Shown here: piece by piece, positions 17,115 through 27,995 of the stretch
How positions within the stretch are numbered: position 1 is the stretch's first letter
Layout: each line of letters begins with the position of its first letter
Source of the DNA: a virus
Taxonomy: Duplodnaviria; Caudoviricetes
Length of the DNA: 56,660 nucleotides
Strand: one strand, 5' to 3'
IMG/VR virus record: IMGVR_UViG_3300020396_000007
Span: 1 to 56,660 of that record
Position numbers and translations under genes: made by a program
The notes under the pieces: generated by a model
What the model saw: only the letters and a program-made list of their open reading frames with translations
Told to the model about the DNA's origin: nothing
The model's database searches: none

Positions 17115-17942
17115 ATGCATCCAGTAGACCCACAAGCTAAGAAGCTGATTGCCGCTATAGACGAGGGCTTCACGAAAGAAGATCGTGGCCCTGCTCGTGC
17201 GTACATTGGAGCCAGTATGGCAGGGACTGACTGTGTTGCACAGATGGCCCTATCCTTGCGAGGTTTTCCTGATATAAAAATTGATCCGCAGTTACAGCGT
17301 ATCTTTTTTGCGGGGCACAAGATTGAAAATTGGGTGGTCTACGATTTAAAGAAACGAGCAGACCTACGGGTGTACGAGAAGGACGATATTACTGGCAAAC
17401 AACATAGGGCTGAATGGCTCAATGGTCATGTGGTTTGTAATACGGACGGACTAGCAGACTTCGAAGATGGCACAGGGCCGATGATCCTAGAGATCAAAAG
17501 CATGAATGATGCCAACCATAAGAAGTTTGTTGGGTATGGGGTCAAGGTTTCACATAGGAAATACTATCGCCAAATGACGATGATGATGGCGATGATGAGG
17601 ATCGAGCGTAGTTTGTTCGTAGCGTACAATAAAAATAACTCTCAATATCACATAGAGATCGTCCCTTTCGATCAAGAAGAATGGGACACAATGTACGTGA
17701 AGATACAAGCTGCGCTTGATGGGCAAGCGGAGCGCATTGCTGACAAACCCGAAGATTGGCGGTGCAAGTCGTGCTTTAAGAGGGACAGTTGTTGGGGAAT
17801 ACCTGACGTGCGCCCCGCTTGTCAGTTCTGCAAACATAGTTTCGCTAATAAATCTGGTGGCTGGACATGCACGATAAGCAATCAAGAGTGTAGTGGCACT
17901 TGCGATCAATACGAAATGTTCAGACCAACGCAAAAGGCATAG
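17115..17942 (+). CDS. Cas4-like / PD-(D/E)xK exonuclease with Cys cluster
   Basis: YIGAS..G..C, G...E, TDG, LEIKSM, YY.Q, CKSCFKRDSC plus further C-terminal Cys. Confidence 0.85.
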   Translation: MHPVDPQAKKLIAAIDEGFTKEDRGPARAYIGASMAGTDCVAQMALSLRGFPDIKIDPQLQRIFFAGHKIENWVVYDLKKRADLRVYEKDDITGKQHRAEWLNGHVVCNTDGLADFEDGTGPMILEIKSMNDANHKKFVGYGVKVSHRKYYRQMTMMMAMMRIERSLFVAYNKNNSQYHIEIVPFDQEEWDTMYVKIQAALDGQAERIADKPEDWRCKSCFKRDSCWGIPDVRPACQFCKHSFANKSGGWTCTISNQECSGTCDQYEMFRPTQKA

Positions 17943-17944
17943 AG

Positions 17945-18187
17945 ATGATACAGCAAATGGAAACCCTAGCTATGCTTAAAGAAGCAAGGCAGGGTATAAT
18001 AAGAAAAGAAGCAGAGATCGAAAGTATATTCGAAAGGCTTGAGGCTTTAGAAACTACCGATATAGATGATGTTCACCGAGCCAAGACAAAGCTTCGTCAC
18101 GAGAAGGAAAGACTTGTCGAGTTGAAGTGTAAGGCCACCGAGCATGAAATTAAACTACTTGAAATGGGATACCCGAAGAATGTCTAA
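17945..18187 (+). CDS. Hypothetical coiled-coil protein (~80 aa)
   Basis: Heptad-rich ORF filling the gap; start uncertain. Confidence 0.7.
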   Translation: MIQQMETLAMLKEARQGIIRKEAEIESIFERLEALETTDIDDVHRAKTKLRHEKERLVELKCKATEHEIKLLEMGYPKNV

Positions 18188-18485
18188 GCTACGAGATCTG
18201 CCGCTAGAAGAAGGTAAGCGGTTGATTAATACTGATCGAAACAAAGAGTACGGTGAGCCGTACGAAAACTTCTCTGACATTGCTGCAATGATTTCAGCTA
18301 TACTTCGAGGCATCTTAAAAGATGGTGAGCGCGTACGTGTTGAGCATGTCGCAATGATAATGATTATCGTCAAGCTTTCGCGTATGACTACATCACCCGA
18401 CAAGTTTGATAGTTGGGCAGATATAGCTGGCTACGTTGGTACGGGATGGGAAGCGATTGCGGTGGATCGCAAACTAGATACCTAG
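18180..18485 (+). CDS. DUF6378-like protein (putative nucleotide-metabolism helical domain)
   Basis: DRNKEYG.P..NF..IA, VAMIMIIVKLSR, DSWADIAGY. Confidence 0.8.
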   Translation: MSKLRDLPLEEGKRLINTDRNKEYGEPYENFSDIAAMISAILRGILKDGERVRVEHVAMIMIIVKLSRMTTSPDKFDSWADIAGYVGTGWEAIAVDRKLDT

Positions 18486-21400
18486 AAGCTACCACCAAAA
18501 CCGCCACCGAAACTACCGCCACCTGATTGGCCGCTCTTACCACGAGTGCCAGCGACAGCATCAACGATGCCTTCTTTGGCCCATGATACGCCACCCAACA
18601 CTGGTACACGCCCGACAATTTCACGCATCGCTGCGCGTCTTTCTCCGTTAGCTGGCTTATCGTCCCACCAAGAACGACCACCTTGCAACACAACTGTTGC
18701 ATCATTGAAGAGACCCACCGTTGGGCCACCAATAGTTTCAAGTGTCCTTTGCGTTCCGTACGCACCGTTATCAGATTGAGACGCTATGTCGTACGCCAAT
18801 TCTCCAATGAGACCCAATCCCCCAAGAGCAACCATACCATCGAAGTACCAACCCATAAGCATATCGAGGTCTTCGTTTTCTTCAAAGGCTGTTGTGAGTG
18901 TATCGGACAACCTACGTTCACGAAGTCCAAACTCTCTGTTGTCCTCACCGCCACGTCCTTGAATGATGTCCTTAGTTCCAACAGCTATTCCACCCATTGC
19001 TGGCCCTGCTACTAGGAGTGCAGCGAGTGGACCAAGGCGGTTGTCAGATTGACCTGCAAAAGCCTTGACGAAGTTGGCCCCACGTTGTGCTGGCGTATCG
19101 CCACGGAAAGCCTCACCAGCCACTGTATTGACCAGTCGGGTCATCATAAGCGGATAAGACTTTAACTGCATTGCTATAGCCCCTAGAGGCGTCTGCCCCC
19201 ACAGAGGTAAGTCGTTAGGGTTAGGCGTGAAGATCATTTGGTTTGTCAGCTTAATCATAGAAGCAGCAAGCTTATTGGCTAGTGGGTGTTCAGCACCAGT
19301 AAAGCGGCTTTCCATAACAAGATCCATGTCTAGGTTCTTATCTTTAACGAACTCAGCGAGACCCTCTTCTTGCAAGATGCGCCGAGCAATCCGACCCGCA
19401 CGAGAGTTAGGACGGTTCCTTAAAACTTTTTGCTGAGACTTGAGGTGTTCGTACGAAACCGAGGCGGCAACGTCTCGCATCATGTCAGTCCAAGGAGTGA
19501 GCAAAGTAGAGTTAAAGAAGCCAGTCATAAACTGTGTACTGTCTACACCATGAGCTACCGTAAGCCTTTGGTGTACTGCATTTTCTGTAGCTGCTCCAAT
19601 ATTTCGGATCATGTCACGATACTCAGGCTCTACTGAAAACTTACGCAATGCCTTGGCGTATGATCCTAAATCACCTGTACGTATCAATGGCAGGATCAAG
19701 TCTCCCAGGCTCGTAAGAGTTGTGAACCCCAGGAGAGTAACAGCGTTTACGCCACGCAACCATTTGGAAGCGTTCTTACCTGAGAACAATCCATGTACGC
19801 CATCAATCGGACGACGCATTGCTGCGTTCATAAAGCCCTGTGCGTGCTTGAGGTTATTATTCGAAGTAAGTTTAGTAAGACCTTCCGTATCACCCAAGGC
19901 ATTAGCTATGGCATTAGCACGTTTGCGGAAGTTGTTACGCAACATTATTGCGTCTGGATTGTCTGATAACTGATCGCCTAGAAGATCCATAATATTGGCT
20001 TCGATCTCCGCAGCAGTCTTGCCGCCTTGCGCCATGTCGATAAGCTCTTTAGCCTTTTGCTCTGACTGGAACTTGTCTTTAATGGGTGCGTAGAAATAGT
20101 TATTGTCAAACGTGTTCTCTTTAACGCCATGATCTGATGCGCCAGAGCGTGCCCATGTCGTAGAGATTATCTTATCACTAGACAGTAACGCCCCTATAAC
20201 TTTACGTGCGTTCATCGGCTGTGCAAGAATAGACATATAGTCGTGATACCCATGCATACCTGCGCCGTACTCAGTCGTAAGGTCAATGCGATGCTCAAGG
20301 TTATCTGAATACTTTGTCATCGAAACGAGCAGATCATTCTCTAAGAACACTGCTAGACTGTCAGGTGTATCAAAGTCAGCAAAGTCAGTGTACTCGTCCA
20401 GCCTGATTACACGATTATAGTCAAGGTGGTCTGCGCTATCGCCAGCTTTATCTGTCATGCGCTTAAAATTCTGCGCGGGGTTTGATAGTACGCCATCTTC
20501 ATCAATGATACGCTGCATCATTCTACGTGCTGATTTGTCTGCTAGTTCTTTAGACCCACCACCGTTTCGCTCTGCCATAAAGTATTTTGACATACGACGC
20601 ATAAACTCTTCGGGATCATTCTCGATCATGTCCTTACGCCAGATCATAGGGAAGTAGTTTTTATCTATGTTACCAACCAGTGCGCCAGCTTCATTAAGAC
20701 GGCCATTAGCTTGATCTAAATAATCACGAGTATGAGTGTAGGCAACCAACTCTTCTTGTGTAAGAGACGAGACTTTGTTCTTGTTTCTAAGTGCGGAGAT
20801 AATGCGTACGTGACTGTTGGGTTGTGACATCCTACGTTTTGGTGAGATACCAACAGCGCCGATTGCGCTTTCTATCATCATTTGCGGGCCAGTCTGGAAG
20901 TACCGCTTTATGACGCCACCACTGTCAGGAAGACCACGAAGCATCTTGGTGAGAGGAATTAAGAACTTACCCATCTGTGCGTTCGTACGCTCGAAGTGAC
21001 CGCCGCTGCCGTCTTCAGGTTCGAAGAAGCCCGCAAGCTTTCGCATACCAGACCTAGCCATAATTTTAGCGTTCGTACGTATGGGGTTAAACAAGCCACA
21101 CTTGCGTATCTCGGCTGCTGCATCTGACGGCATACCCCGCCCGCGTGCTACAGAGATCATAGCTTCTAGTGTACGTGGGGGTACGCCACCATCTTCGAGT
21201 TGCTGGGCTGCTTGCTTGAAGATACGTAATTCATTCGCACCTTCCATAGCATCGAGCATTGCCCGCCCATTCGCTGAGTTTGTACGTGCGTTTTCTCCCA
21301 GGATAGGAGTTGCGTTCTCAAACACATCGCTTCTTACGCTGCGGATACTGCGTGAGGACAGCATCATCTTGTCGCCACCCAAGGTTATACTTGTAAAGCC

Positions 21401-24400
21401 AGCCTGTTGAAGAGTTCTTTTGAGCTTGCGTTCGCCACCTAAAATCTCACTCAGGGTTCTTACCATCTCTTCTGCTGAATACACCCCGCGTATATCGTCT
21501 ATTGCTTGTGCTTGATTTACGGATGTCTCGGAAGACTTGAGGTGACTTATCAGCGTCTTAACTATAGCGTGCTTACCAGTCATTTTGTTTTCAAACATGG
21601 CTGGCTGTGTATCCCTGATAAATACAGGTGTACTTGTCGTATCTATGTTTGCGCCAATGTCCTCAAGTTCCTTTGATAAGACGTCATCGAGTGTGTACAA
21701 CCGATCAATGTGTGCGAAACTGGTAGACCCGTCTATTTTACCCATGTTTATTTTTGCGCGTACGGCTTGGAGCATATCAACTAAGTCAGTGACTGCTTCA
21801 CGTTTCTCTGCGGGCACAGAAGATATAATTTGAGTACGTGTGTTGGCTACAGTATTGCGAGGGGATACAGATACATAGTTTCCAATCCCAAACGGCCCGT
21901 CAGATACACCGCCTGAGAAATGCGGCACTACCTTGTCACCCGTAAACTCACGTATTGCGTCGTATCCTGGGCGCGTAAACGACGTCGTAACTTCATTAGC
22001 AAAATCTACGGCGTACTCCGCAGGTACTGCTTCGGAGTATCTAGCTTTGGGGCTGCCCTTGAGGACTTGGCTTTCACCAATCATATCACCGAATACAGTT
22101 AAAGGACTAAAGCGCTCGCGGGCTGCTGGATTAGCAATGGTTCCATTAAGAACGTAGGCAAGACCCTCAGTGATTTCGTTTTCCAGATCATCAATAAAGT
22201 CTGCAAACAAGTCAGCGTCTTCGCCATCCATAATCTCAGACATTATTTTAAGCTTCGGCTTGGTGGAGTTTACGTCAACAGCCTCTACCATAACGTCGGA
22301 AAATAATTTCCCTGGGTTCCCACCCAAAATAGACGCTGCTTTGGAAAATACGTTGCGCGTTGAGTGGGGCACTACCGTTGTGGAGTACAGAGCTTCAGAT
22401 ACGAACGATACGGCTTGCGTAATATCTTCGGTACGTGAGAGATTTGTACTTGCTGCGCGTACAATCTTACGAAAGTTCCCGTACGCAGCTACTTCAGGGG
22501 TAGCTGGCAAAGACGTAGCCGACAAGCGTGCCAGTCTTGCCACGATAGTTCTAGCCGTATTTTCTATAGCTGGTGTTCTATGAGTAAAGCCACGCAAGTA
22601 ATCACGGAAAGCACTGTTTGCATTTTGTGGAATACCGTTTTCAAACTGAGTACCGTGATCTTGATACTGTTCTATAGTGAGAGCTTGGCCCACAGCATCG
22701 GATTGCTTACTGGCTTTCTTGTTTGCACGTTGGTTTTTACGCATACGTATCAAGGCTTGAAGTACATTCATTGCCTGTTCTGGCGTAGCGCCAAGACCTT
22801 TAATGACTTCCTTATCAGCGCTCAAGGCCATACCCAAAACAATATCAGGTTGCTTGATGTCTATTGCTCGACCCTTATTGCCGCCACCCTTTGCCTTCTG
22901 CTTGGATTGCAGAGTATTTAGAATTGCTTGCTCATCTTCAGTTAGGTTTATGTCATTAATCTTTGTATTTGTTAGGTGGTACACGCGTTTAGCAAGCTTG
23001 TTACCAAAGTCAGACGGTGCGCCATCTGCTCCTATCTGTCGGCGGTATTCTGCGAGTGCCTCAATAAGACCGTACTTGTTTGTGTCATCACCCTTGGTGC
23101 CCTTAACAACAGTGGTTCCGTTTCGAGCCTTATTGGCCTTGGCTTGTGACGCCATAATCTTATTGAAAGAAGATTTCAGATTGCCACGCTGTACATTCGT
23201 TGCGCGTTTAACAGCTTTGAAGATTTTTTGTTTCTCCATAAGCTCGGCAGTTATTCCACGTTGCTCACGCAAAGATAGTATGCTGTCAGATAGCATTGCT
23301 TCTGGAATGTCACCAAATTCTACGTTGGTGTAGGCTTCATTTATCTCTTCAAGCTTACCTGTAGAATATTTATTGAGGTTCTTTTCCCAAAGCTCTGCAA
23401 TTTCTTTCGCCATCTCAGGACGGAAGACACTGCCACCCATTTCAAAGTCATCGCCTAGTGCGCTGACTGCGTAAGAAGTTCTTACAGTAATTTCGTTGAT
23501 CTGTCTTGATAGCGTACGCATCTTCTGATGACCACCTACGGCTCTGAATACGCCAGAGTAATTAGCAATACGCTGCGCTTCGGAGCTATCAATACGGCCT
23601 TGACGAGAAGCGGCAAAGCTTCTCTCTTTCTGTGTCATTGCCATACCTTGAAAAGCGTTGGCTATTTCACTAGCACCCAAAGCCATCTTCTCAGGATCGT
23701 GCATCTCTGGGTAGCCATCATAACCTTCTAGGAAAAGCTGCCGCCCCATACGAACTTGATCGTACCGTACGCGTAGTGACTTACCCAATGAGGTGTTCGC
23801 ATCCACTGGATTTGTGAACTGTACCCGACGCGCCTCATCCTTGTTAGCTATCATCTTGTTAAAGATAGTCTCCATCTCTGGGTCAACGATATGACGGTTT
23901 GTCATATGACGCCAAAGCTTCTTAACTATATCGGCCGCTCTCTTAAAGAAACTGCCATCTGCGGTCTTAGCCGCAAGTGGCGCTTCGTAGGTGTGATGTG
24001 CCCACAGGGCGAACTGGTTTGCGAATAGCTCACCAGCGTTATGATGTGCGTTTGAAGCGCCCGCAGCTTTATCGCCTTCCCGTACGATAGGTGAGTACGC
24101 ATCAAGTAATGTACCGTCCACCCGATCAGAGACAAAGCCACCATCGAATTTCCCTTTTTCGTCGTAGTATTTACTGACTGATTGCCAGAACTCTAGCTTC
24201 AAATCATACGGCAAAAGGTTTTCATAGGCCCAATGTCCAAGCTCATGCATCACAGTAAAGGACGTATTGATACCAGTCTTTGTACCTAGCTTATCAAGGT
24301 TCTTTTCTTGTAAGAAGATTGCGTTGGCGTCATTACCTTTGACAAGCTTGCCATCAATAATATCCATTGTGTTGTCATCAACGGGCCTGACATTCGCATA

Positions 24401-27400
24401 GTTTGCCGAAAGCCTATTGCTGTAAAGCCCTGCGGTATCTTTGCCAACTAACATAGAAACCGATAGTTCATTGATAGGCTTGAAGATTGGGGCTGATTTA
24501 TCAGGGACGATTGCCCTCATCATACGCTCGATATGAGAGAATGTGCTGTCGTTAAGGTTGCCTGATATTTTGCGTAGCTGTGCCAGGGACGTCTCGATGT
24601 CTACCGTTGGCTTGCGTATGCCATCGGGCGCTTCCTTAGAGAGTACGTGAAGAAACGCAGTAATAGCGTCTAGCCTACGCCCAAACGGGATTTCCATCTC
24701 AGTATCGCTAATGTCCATTACGACACGGAACTGCTGTTCCTCAAGCTGCTGAAGTGTTGTGTAAATGTCAGTAAGAGTTGGCTTTGAGTTAATGAACTCA
24801 TCCATATTTCCTATGAAATTTCCACCGTCAACGAACTTGTGTCCGAGGTACAGTCGATTAACTATCTGTTTGCCTTCGGGTGTAGACGAAAGACGCTTCA
24901 AGTCTATCTCTGTTCCAAACGCATCATCAAGCTCTAGTGGCCCACTTGGACCTTTCGCCTGTGGCTCTGGTGTAACTTCAGCTTGCTTTCCAATACTGTT
25001 GTTTTGGTCAAGTGGCTCGAAGATTACTTTGAGTATATCCCGATCAGTAGCGCTACTTACTTTTTTACCGTTATGCTCAAGTGGCACGTACCCGATATTA
25101 AAGTTTTCTACTTTACCCTTTGGGCCTAGTAGTTTTTGCAAACCGTCGCCGCGCTCAAGTTGCCCTGGCTTTTCTAAGTTGCCAGTATGTGTGAGTACGC
25201 GAGGTTTTTGCTCAAGTGTCTTGGGAAGAAGGATTAGTTTCTTACCGTCTTTTGTTGCTGGTACGTCAGGAAGTTCTTGTACGTCAGTTACGTCATTGCC
25301 GTTACCGTCTACTACCTTAGTCTTTGCAGGTGGATCAACAGACAGGCCACCCTTACGGGCAAGAGCCTTGGCGGTTTCTACATCAAAGTCAAACTCGTCA
25401 AAGTCACCAGTCTTTTCTAGCTTCTTCTCTGCCTGATCTATAAGTTTTTCGAAGTCTTCCTTTACGCTTATGCCTTGCTTGTTGTCATCAATAATTTTGA
25501 GAGAACCAGCCTTTTTTAGTCCACTCGCTTTGAGAGCCATGTCCTCACTGGCATAAACCTTAAACATGCCTCTGTTTGGGCTGTCATTCCTTGGCACCCA
25601 TACGCCATGTACGACTTGGCCTTCAGCAGCGGGGCCACCCCGACCCTTGCCGCCGCCCTTAATCCCAACGACAGGTTCACCAGCACGAGCCGAATAACTG
25701 TAAACGGCTTTCATAATACCCTTTTGTGCATCTGCTGATGCTTCAGCTTCTGCCAAAGACCGCTTCTCGTTTACTCTACGAAAGATGCCTTCGCCTTCGT
25801 TGACAGTGCGATTGTCGCTAGTTGGCACACCGCGCTTAAACCATTTGGATAGTTTGGAGTTTACTTTCTTTTCGCCTGTCTTGGGGTCAATGTATTCTCT
25901 AAACACCCTGCCAGCTAAAGCATCTTTCTCCATTGCCTCGCCTGATTTCGCTGTTCGATCTGCAACCCTGTTAGCAGTAAACTTTAAATCTTCCGTGTTC
26001 GAACGAGTTGCAGCTTCCGCTTTTAATCGGCTGACTTCTTCGGCAGACTTTGCTGCGTCTATTGTGGGTAGAGTGTTTTCCTCAAAGTCTTTGATACGTC
26101 TACGTAGGGCGGCTACTATCTCTTCGTCCATTGGCGTTGCGTCAGCAGCACCCGCTCTTATCAAGCCGTTTAAAACAGACCGCATTTTTTTAGGGGATAA
26201 GCCAGCCTCACGTAAAATGTCGTTAAACATATTGTCGGCAAAGTCACTGATCTCTGATTTTTCTGTGGGTACGTCAGCTTCGATTATTTTTTCGGCTTCG
26301 GTCTTACTAGGGTTTGTAAAGTCAGCTTCGTCTTTGCGTATAGGCGTGCTGTCGTTTCTCGCTATAAGACTTTTTACGTACGCTCCCCTACCACTTTTAA
26401 TAGCAGAGATACGGCCCTCTCTATTAGCTATGAATATCTTAACGGCTTGATTTCCCGCAGCAGTGATCTTGCCATCTTTCATGCCGCCATCTGTTTGACC
26501 AAGTATCTTGGATATATCTTCGTCAGTAATTGGCTTATTGTCAGTACCGTTTTTTGCGTTTGCCTTACTGACTTTGTTTACATGGCTGTCAAAAGCTTTT
26601 TTGGTTTGTTCTGTCCAGCCACCAGCTTTTGTCTTTTTAAACTTAACAGGCTTGGCATCAGGTATTGCGATGATCTCTGGAATTTTTGGCGCTTCGTCAG
26701 CCTGTACTTCCGCTTCAGCTTCATCACCTGTTGTGGTCGCGCTCTCATCTGGATCTTCAGCCTTCGTAGTGTCACCAGCGTCAGCCTCACTTTGTTGTGT
26801 GGCGTTCGTAGCTGTGCCCGTATCGGCTTTAGCTTTAGCTTTTTCTTCAGCAGCCCTAGTAGCCTCTGCTCTCTTTGCTATAATATCTTCGTTGCCTAAA
26901 CGCTCGACGGCCTCGATGTCAGCTTTGTTTATAAGATCGTTAAATTCTCGAAACTTAGTATCGTAACTAGCCTGTATTGCGCCGACGTTACCGCCTTCTT
27001 TTTTTGCTATCTCAAGCTGCTTCGCGGTGTTCTCAAGTTCTGTCTCAAGACCTACAGCCTTGTTGACTGCGGCTTGTACGTCAGCACGTTCTTTCTCAAT
27101 ATCAAGAAGATCATTTTCTGCGTCTATGCGTACGTCATCAGGCAACGTATCATCTTTAGACTGTGCTTGAGCTATACGCTCTAAGTCGGAAAGTTCGCCT
27201 ATACGGCTATCGAGCTTGTCACCCAAAGCCGTACCTTGTTTCCATTCGAGCGCTCTAGCAGCAGGGGCACGCGAAGCTAATGCACCTAATGGCGCACCAA
27301 TAGCACCAGAAAATACGCCTTCTATGGCGGCTGCCGTACCTATTCGAGAGGCATCGTACTGATCACGTAGACCTTGCTGCATTTGACGGGATTGCTGTAG

Positions 27401-27934
27401 AGCCTCAAAACCTGCGCCCATACCTGCGCCGACTGAGCCTTCAAGAAGTGCCCCACGTTTGGCCCCTTCTACAGTCGCTCTTTTTACTGCGGCTGATTTA
27501 GTTAAGCCCGCAGCCCGACCAGCCTTTGCAACCCTACCTGCTTTGGAAGCAGCGCCCGCGTACGGGATTAGGTTGATGGGATCGAATACTGTCGCAAGGG
27601 TATAGTCTTTAGCTTGCTCTAAAAAAGTACCACGTTCGGGAGCGTTCTGCCATGCTTTAGACAGGCGAGCCATAAGAGCCTGGTCATCACCAGCGTTCTT
27701 ATACTCAAGCATATCTTTACCAGCAGAAAGAAAGTTACTGTCTTTCCAGCGCTGATCTGTGTACCAGTTATCCAGCATGTCAGAAGTCGTAGCAAAGCTT
27801 TCGCCCTTGCTATCGTAATACTTTCGTACATCGCCAATAAAGCTTTGATTGTTTACAAGGGATGAGCCAGTAAGGTTTGAGTAATCATTACTGTTGTCAT
27901 TACCACTGCCGTAGATTTCGTCAAAAATTCCCAT
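18482..27934 (-). CDS. Giant (~3,150 aa) internal virion / ejection polyvalent protein
   Basis: Last gene of the virion operon; Gly/Ala-rich N-terminal segment, HELGH..GELFA zincin motif, podovirus-like C-terminus; GGAG SD before 27934. Confidence 0.8.
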   Translation of the reverse strand: MGIFDEIYGSGNDNSNDYSNLTGSSLVNNQSFIGDVRKYYDSKGESFATTSDMLDNWYTDQRWKDSNFLSAGKDMLEYKNAGDDQALMARLSKAWQNAPERGTFLEQAKDYTLATVFDPINLIPYAGAASKAGRVAKAGRAAGLTKSAAVKRATVEGAKRGALLEGSVGAGMGAGFEALQQSRQMQQGLRDQYDASRIGTAAAIEGVFSGAIGAPLGALASRAPAARALEWKQGTALGDKLDSRIGELSDLERIAQAQSKDDTLPDDVRIDAENDLLDIEKERADVQAAVNKAVGLETELENTAKQLEIAKKEGGNVGAIQASYDTKFREFNDLINKADIEAVERLGNEDIIAKRAEATRAAEEKAKAKADTGTATNATQQSEADAGDTTKAEDPDESATTTGDEAEAEVQADEAPKIPEIIAIPDAKPVKFKKTKAGGWTEQTKKAFDSHVNKVSKANAKNGTDNKPITDEDISKILGQTDGGMKDGKITAAGNQAVKIFIANREGRISAIKSGRGAYVKSLIARNDSTPIRKDEADFTNPSKTEAEKIIEADVPTEKSEISDFADNMFNDILREAGLSPKKMRSVLNGLIRAGAADATPMDEEIVAALRRRIKDFEENTLPTIDAAKSAEEVSRLKAEAATRSNTEDLKFTANRVADRTAKSGEAMEKDALAGRVFREYIDPKTGEKKVNSKLSKWFKRGVPTSDNRTVNEGEGIFRRVNEKRSLAEAEASADAQKGIMKAVYSYSARAGEPVVGIKGGGKGRGGPAAEGQVVHGVWVPRNDSPNRGMFKVYASEDMALKASGLKKAGSLKIIDDNKQGISVKEDFEKLIDQAEKKLEKTGDFDEFDFDVETAKALARKGGLSVDPPAKTKVVDGNGNDVTDVQELPDVPATKDGKKLILLPKTLEQKPRVLTHTGNLEKPGQLERGDGLQKLLGPKGKVENFNIGYVPLEHNGKKVSSATDRDILKVIFEPLDQNNSIGKQAEVTPEPQAKGPSGPLELDDAFGTEIDLKRLSSTPEGKQIVNRLYLGHKFVDGGNFIGNMDEFINSKPTLTDIYTTLQQLEEQQFRVVMDISDTEMEIPFGRRLDAITAFLHVLSKEAPDGIRKPTVDIETSLAQLRKISGNLNDSTFSHIERMMRAIVPDKSAPIFKPINELSVSMLVGKDTAGLYSNRLSANYANVRPVDDNTMDIIDGKLVKGNDANAIFLQEKNLDKLGTKTGINTSFTVMHELGHWAYENLLPYDLKLEFWQSVSKYYDEKGKFDGGFVSDRVDGTLLDAYSPIVREGDKAAGASNAHHNAGELFANQFALWAHHTYEAPLAAKTADGSFFKRAADIVKKLWRHMTNRHIVDPEMETIFNKMIANKDEARRVQFTNPVDANTSLGKSLRVRYDQVRMGRQLFLEGYDGYPEMHDPEKMALGASEIANAFQGMAMTQKERSFAASRQGRIDSSEAQRIANYSGVFRAVGGHQKMRTLSRQINEITVRTSYAVSALGDDFEMGGSVFRPEMAKEIAELWEKNLNKYSTGKLEEINEAYTNVEFGDIPEAMLSDSILSLREQRGITAELMEKQKIFKAVKRATNVQRGNLKSSFNKIMASQAKANKARNGTTVVKGTKGDDTNKYGLIEALAEYRRQIGADGAPSDFGNKLAKRVYHLTNTKINDINLTEDEQAILNTLQSKQKAKGGGNKGRAIDIKQPDIVLGMALSADKEVIKGLGATPEQAMNVLQALIRMRKNQRANKKASKQSDAVGQALTIEQYQDHGTQFENGIPQNANSAFRDYLRGFTHRTPAIENTARTIVARLARLSATSLPATPEVAAYGNFRKIVRAASTNLSRTEDITQAVSFVSEALYSTTVVPHSTRNVFSKAASILGGNPGKLFSDVMVEAVDVNSTKPKLKIMSEIMDGEDADLFADFIDDLENEITEGLAYVLNGTIANPAARERFSPLTVFGDMIGESQVLKGSPKARYSEAVPAEYAVDFANEVTTSFTRPGYDAIREFTGDKVVPHFSGGVSDGPFGIGNYVSVSPRNTVANTRTQIISSVPAEKREAVTDLVDMLQAVRAKINMGKIDGSTSFAHIDRLYTLDDVLSKELEDIGANIDTTSTPVFIRDTQPAMFENKMTGKHAIVKTLISHLKSSETSVNQAQAIDDIRGVYSAEEMVRTLSEILGGERKLKRTLQQAGFTSITLGGDKMMLSSRSIRSVRSDVFENATPILGENARTNSANGRAMLDAMEGANELRIFKQAAQQLEDGGVPPRTLEAMISVARGRGMPSDAAAEIRKCGLFNPIRTNAKIMARSGMRKLAGFFEPEDGSGGHFERTNAQMGKFLIPLTKMLRGLPDSGGVIKRYFQTGPQMMIESAIGAVGISPKRRMSQPNSHVRIISALRNKNKVSSLTQEELVAYTHTRDYLDQANGRLNEAGALVGNIDKNYFPMIWRKDMIENDPEEFMRRMSKYFMAERNGGGSKELADKSARRMMQRIIDEDGVLSNPAQNFKRMTDKAGDSADHLDYNRVIRLDEYTDFADFDTPDSLAVFLENDLLVSMTKYSDNLEHRIDLTTEYGAGMHGYHDYMSILAQPMNARKVIGALLSSDKIISTTWARSGASDHGVKENTFDNNYFYAPIKDKFQSEQKAKELIDMAQGGKTAAEIEANIMDLLGDQLSDNPDAIMLRNNFRKRANAIANALGDTEGLTKLTSNNNLKHAQGFMNAAMRRPIDGVHGLFSGKNASKWLRGVNAVTLLGFTTLTSLGDLILPLIRTGDLGSYAKALRKFSVEPEYRDMIRNIGAATENAVHQRLTVAHGVDSTQFMTGFFNSTLLTPWTDMMRDVAASVSYEHLKSQQKVLRNRPNSRAGRIARRILQEEGLAEFVKDKNLDMDLVMESRFTGAEHPLANKLAASMIKLTNQMIFTPNPNDLPLWGQTPLGAIAMQLKSYPLMMTRLVNTVAGEAFRGDTPAQRGANFVKAFAGQSDNRLGPLAALLVAGPAMGGIAVGTKDIIQGRGGEDNREFGLRERRLSDTLTTAFEENEDLDMLMGWYFDGMVALGGLGLIGELAYDIASQSDNGAYGTQRTLETIGGPTVGLFNDATVVLQGGRSWWDDKPANGERRAAMREIVGRVPVLGGVSWAKEGIVDAVAGTRGKSGQSGGGSFGGGFGGSF

Positions 27935-27995
27935 CGGGTACTCCATTTAACCTGATCTGGTCAGACTAAATAAAAGTACCCCTCTCAGTCGTCCT

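Noticed and set aside
17115-17942. CRISPR-Cas system suggested by the Cas4-like gene
   Set aside because: No repeat-spacer array or other cas genes seen; context is a Sak4/SSB recombination module.
25370-25415. DFDEFDFD as a virion RNA polymerase catalytic motif in the giant protein
   Set aside because: Does not match DFDGD/DFDID spacing or context; lies in a charged helical segment.
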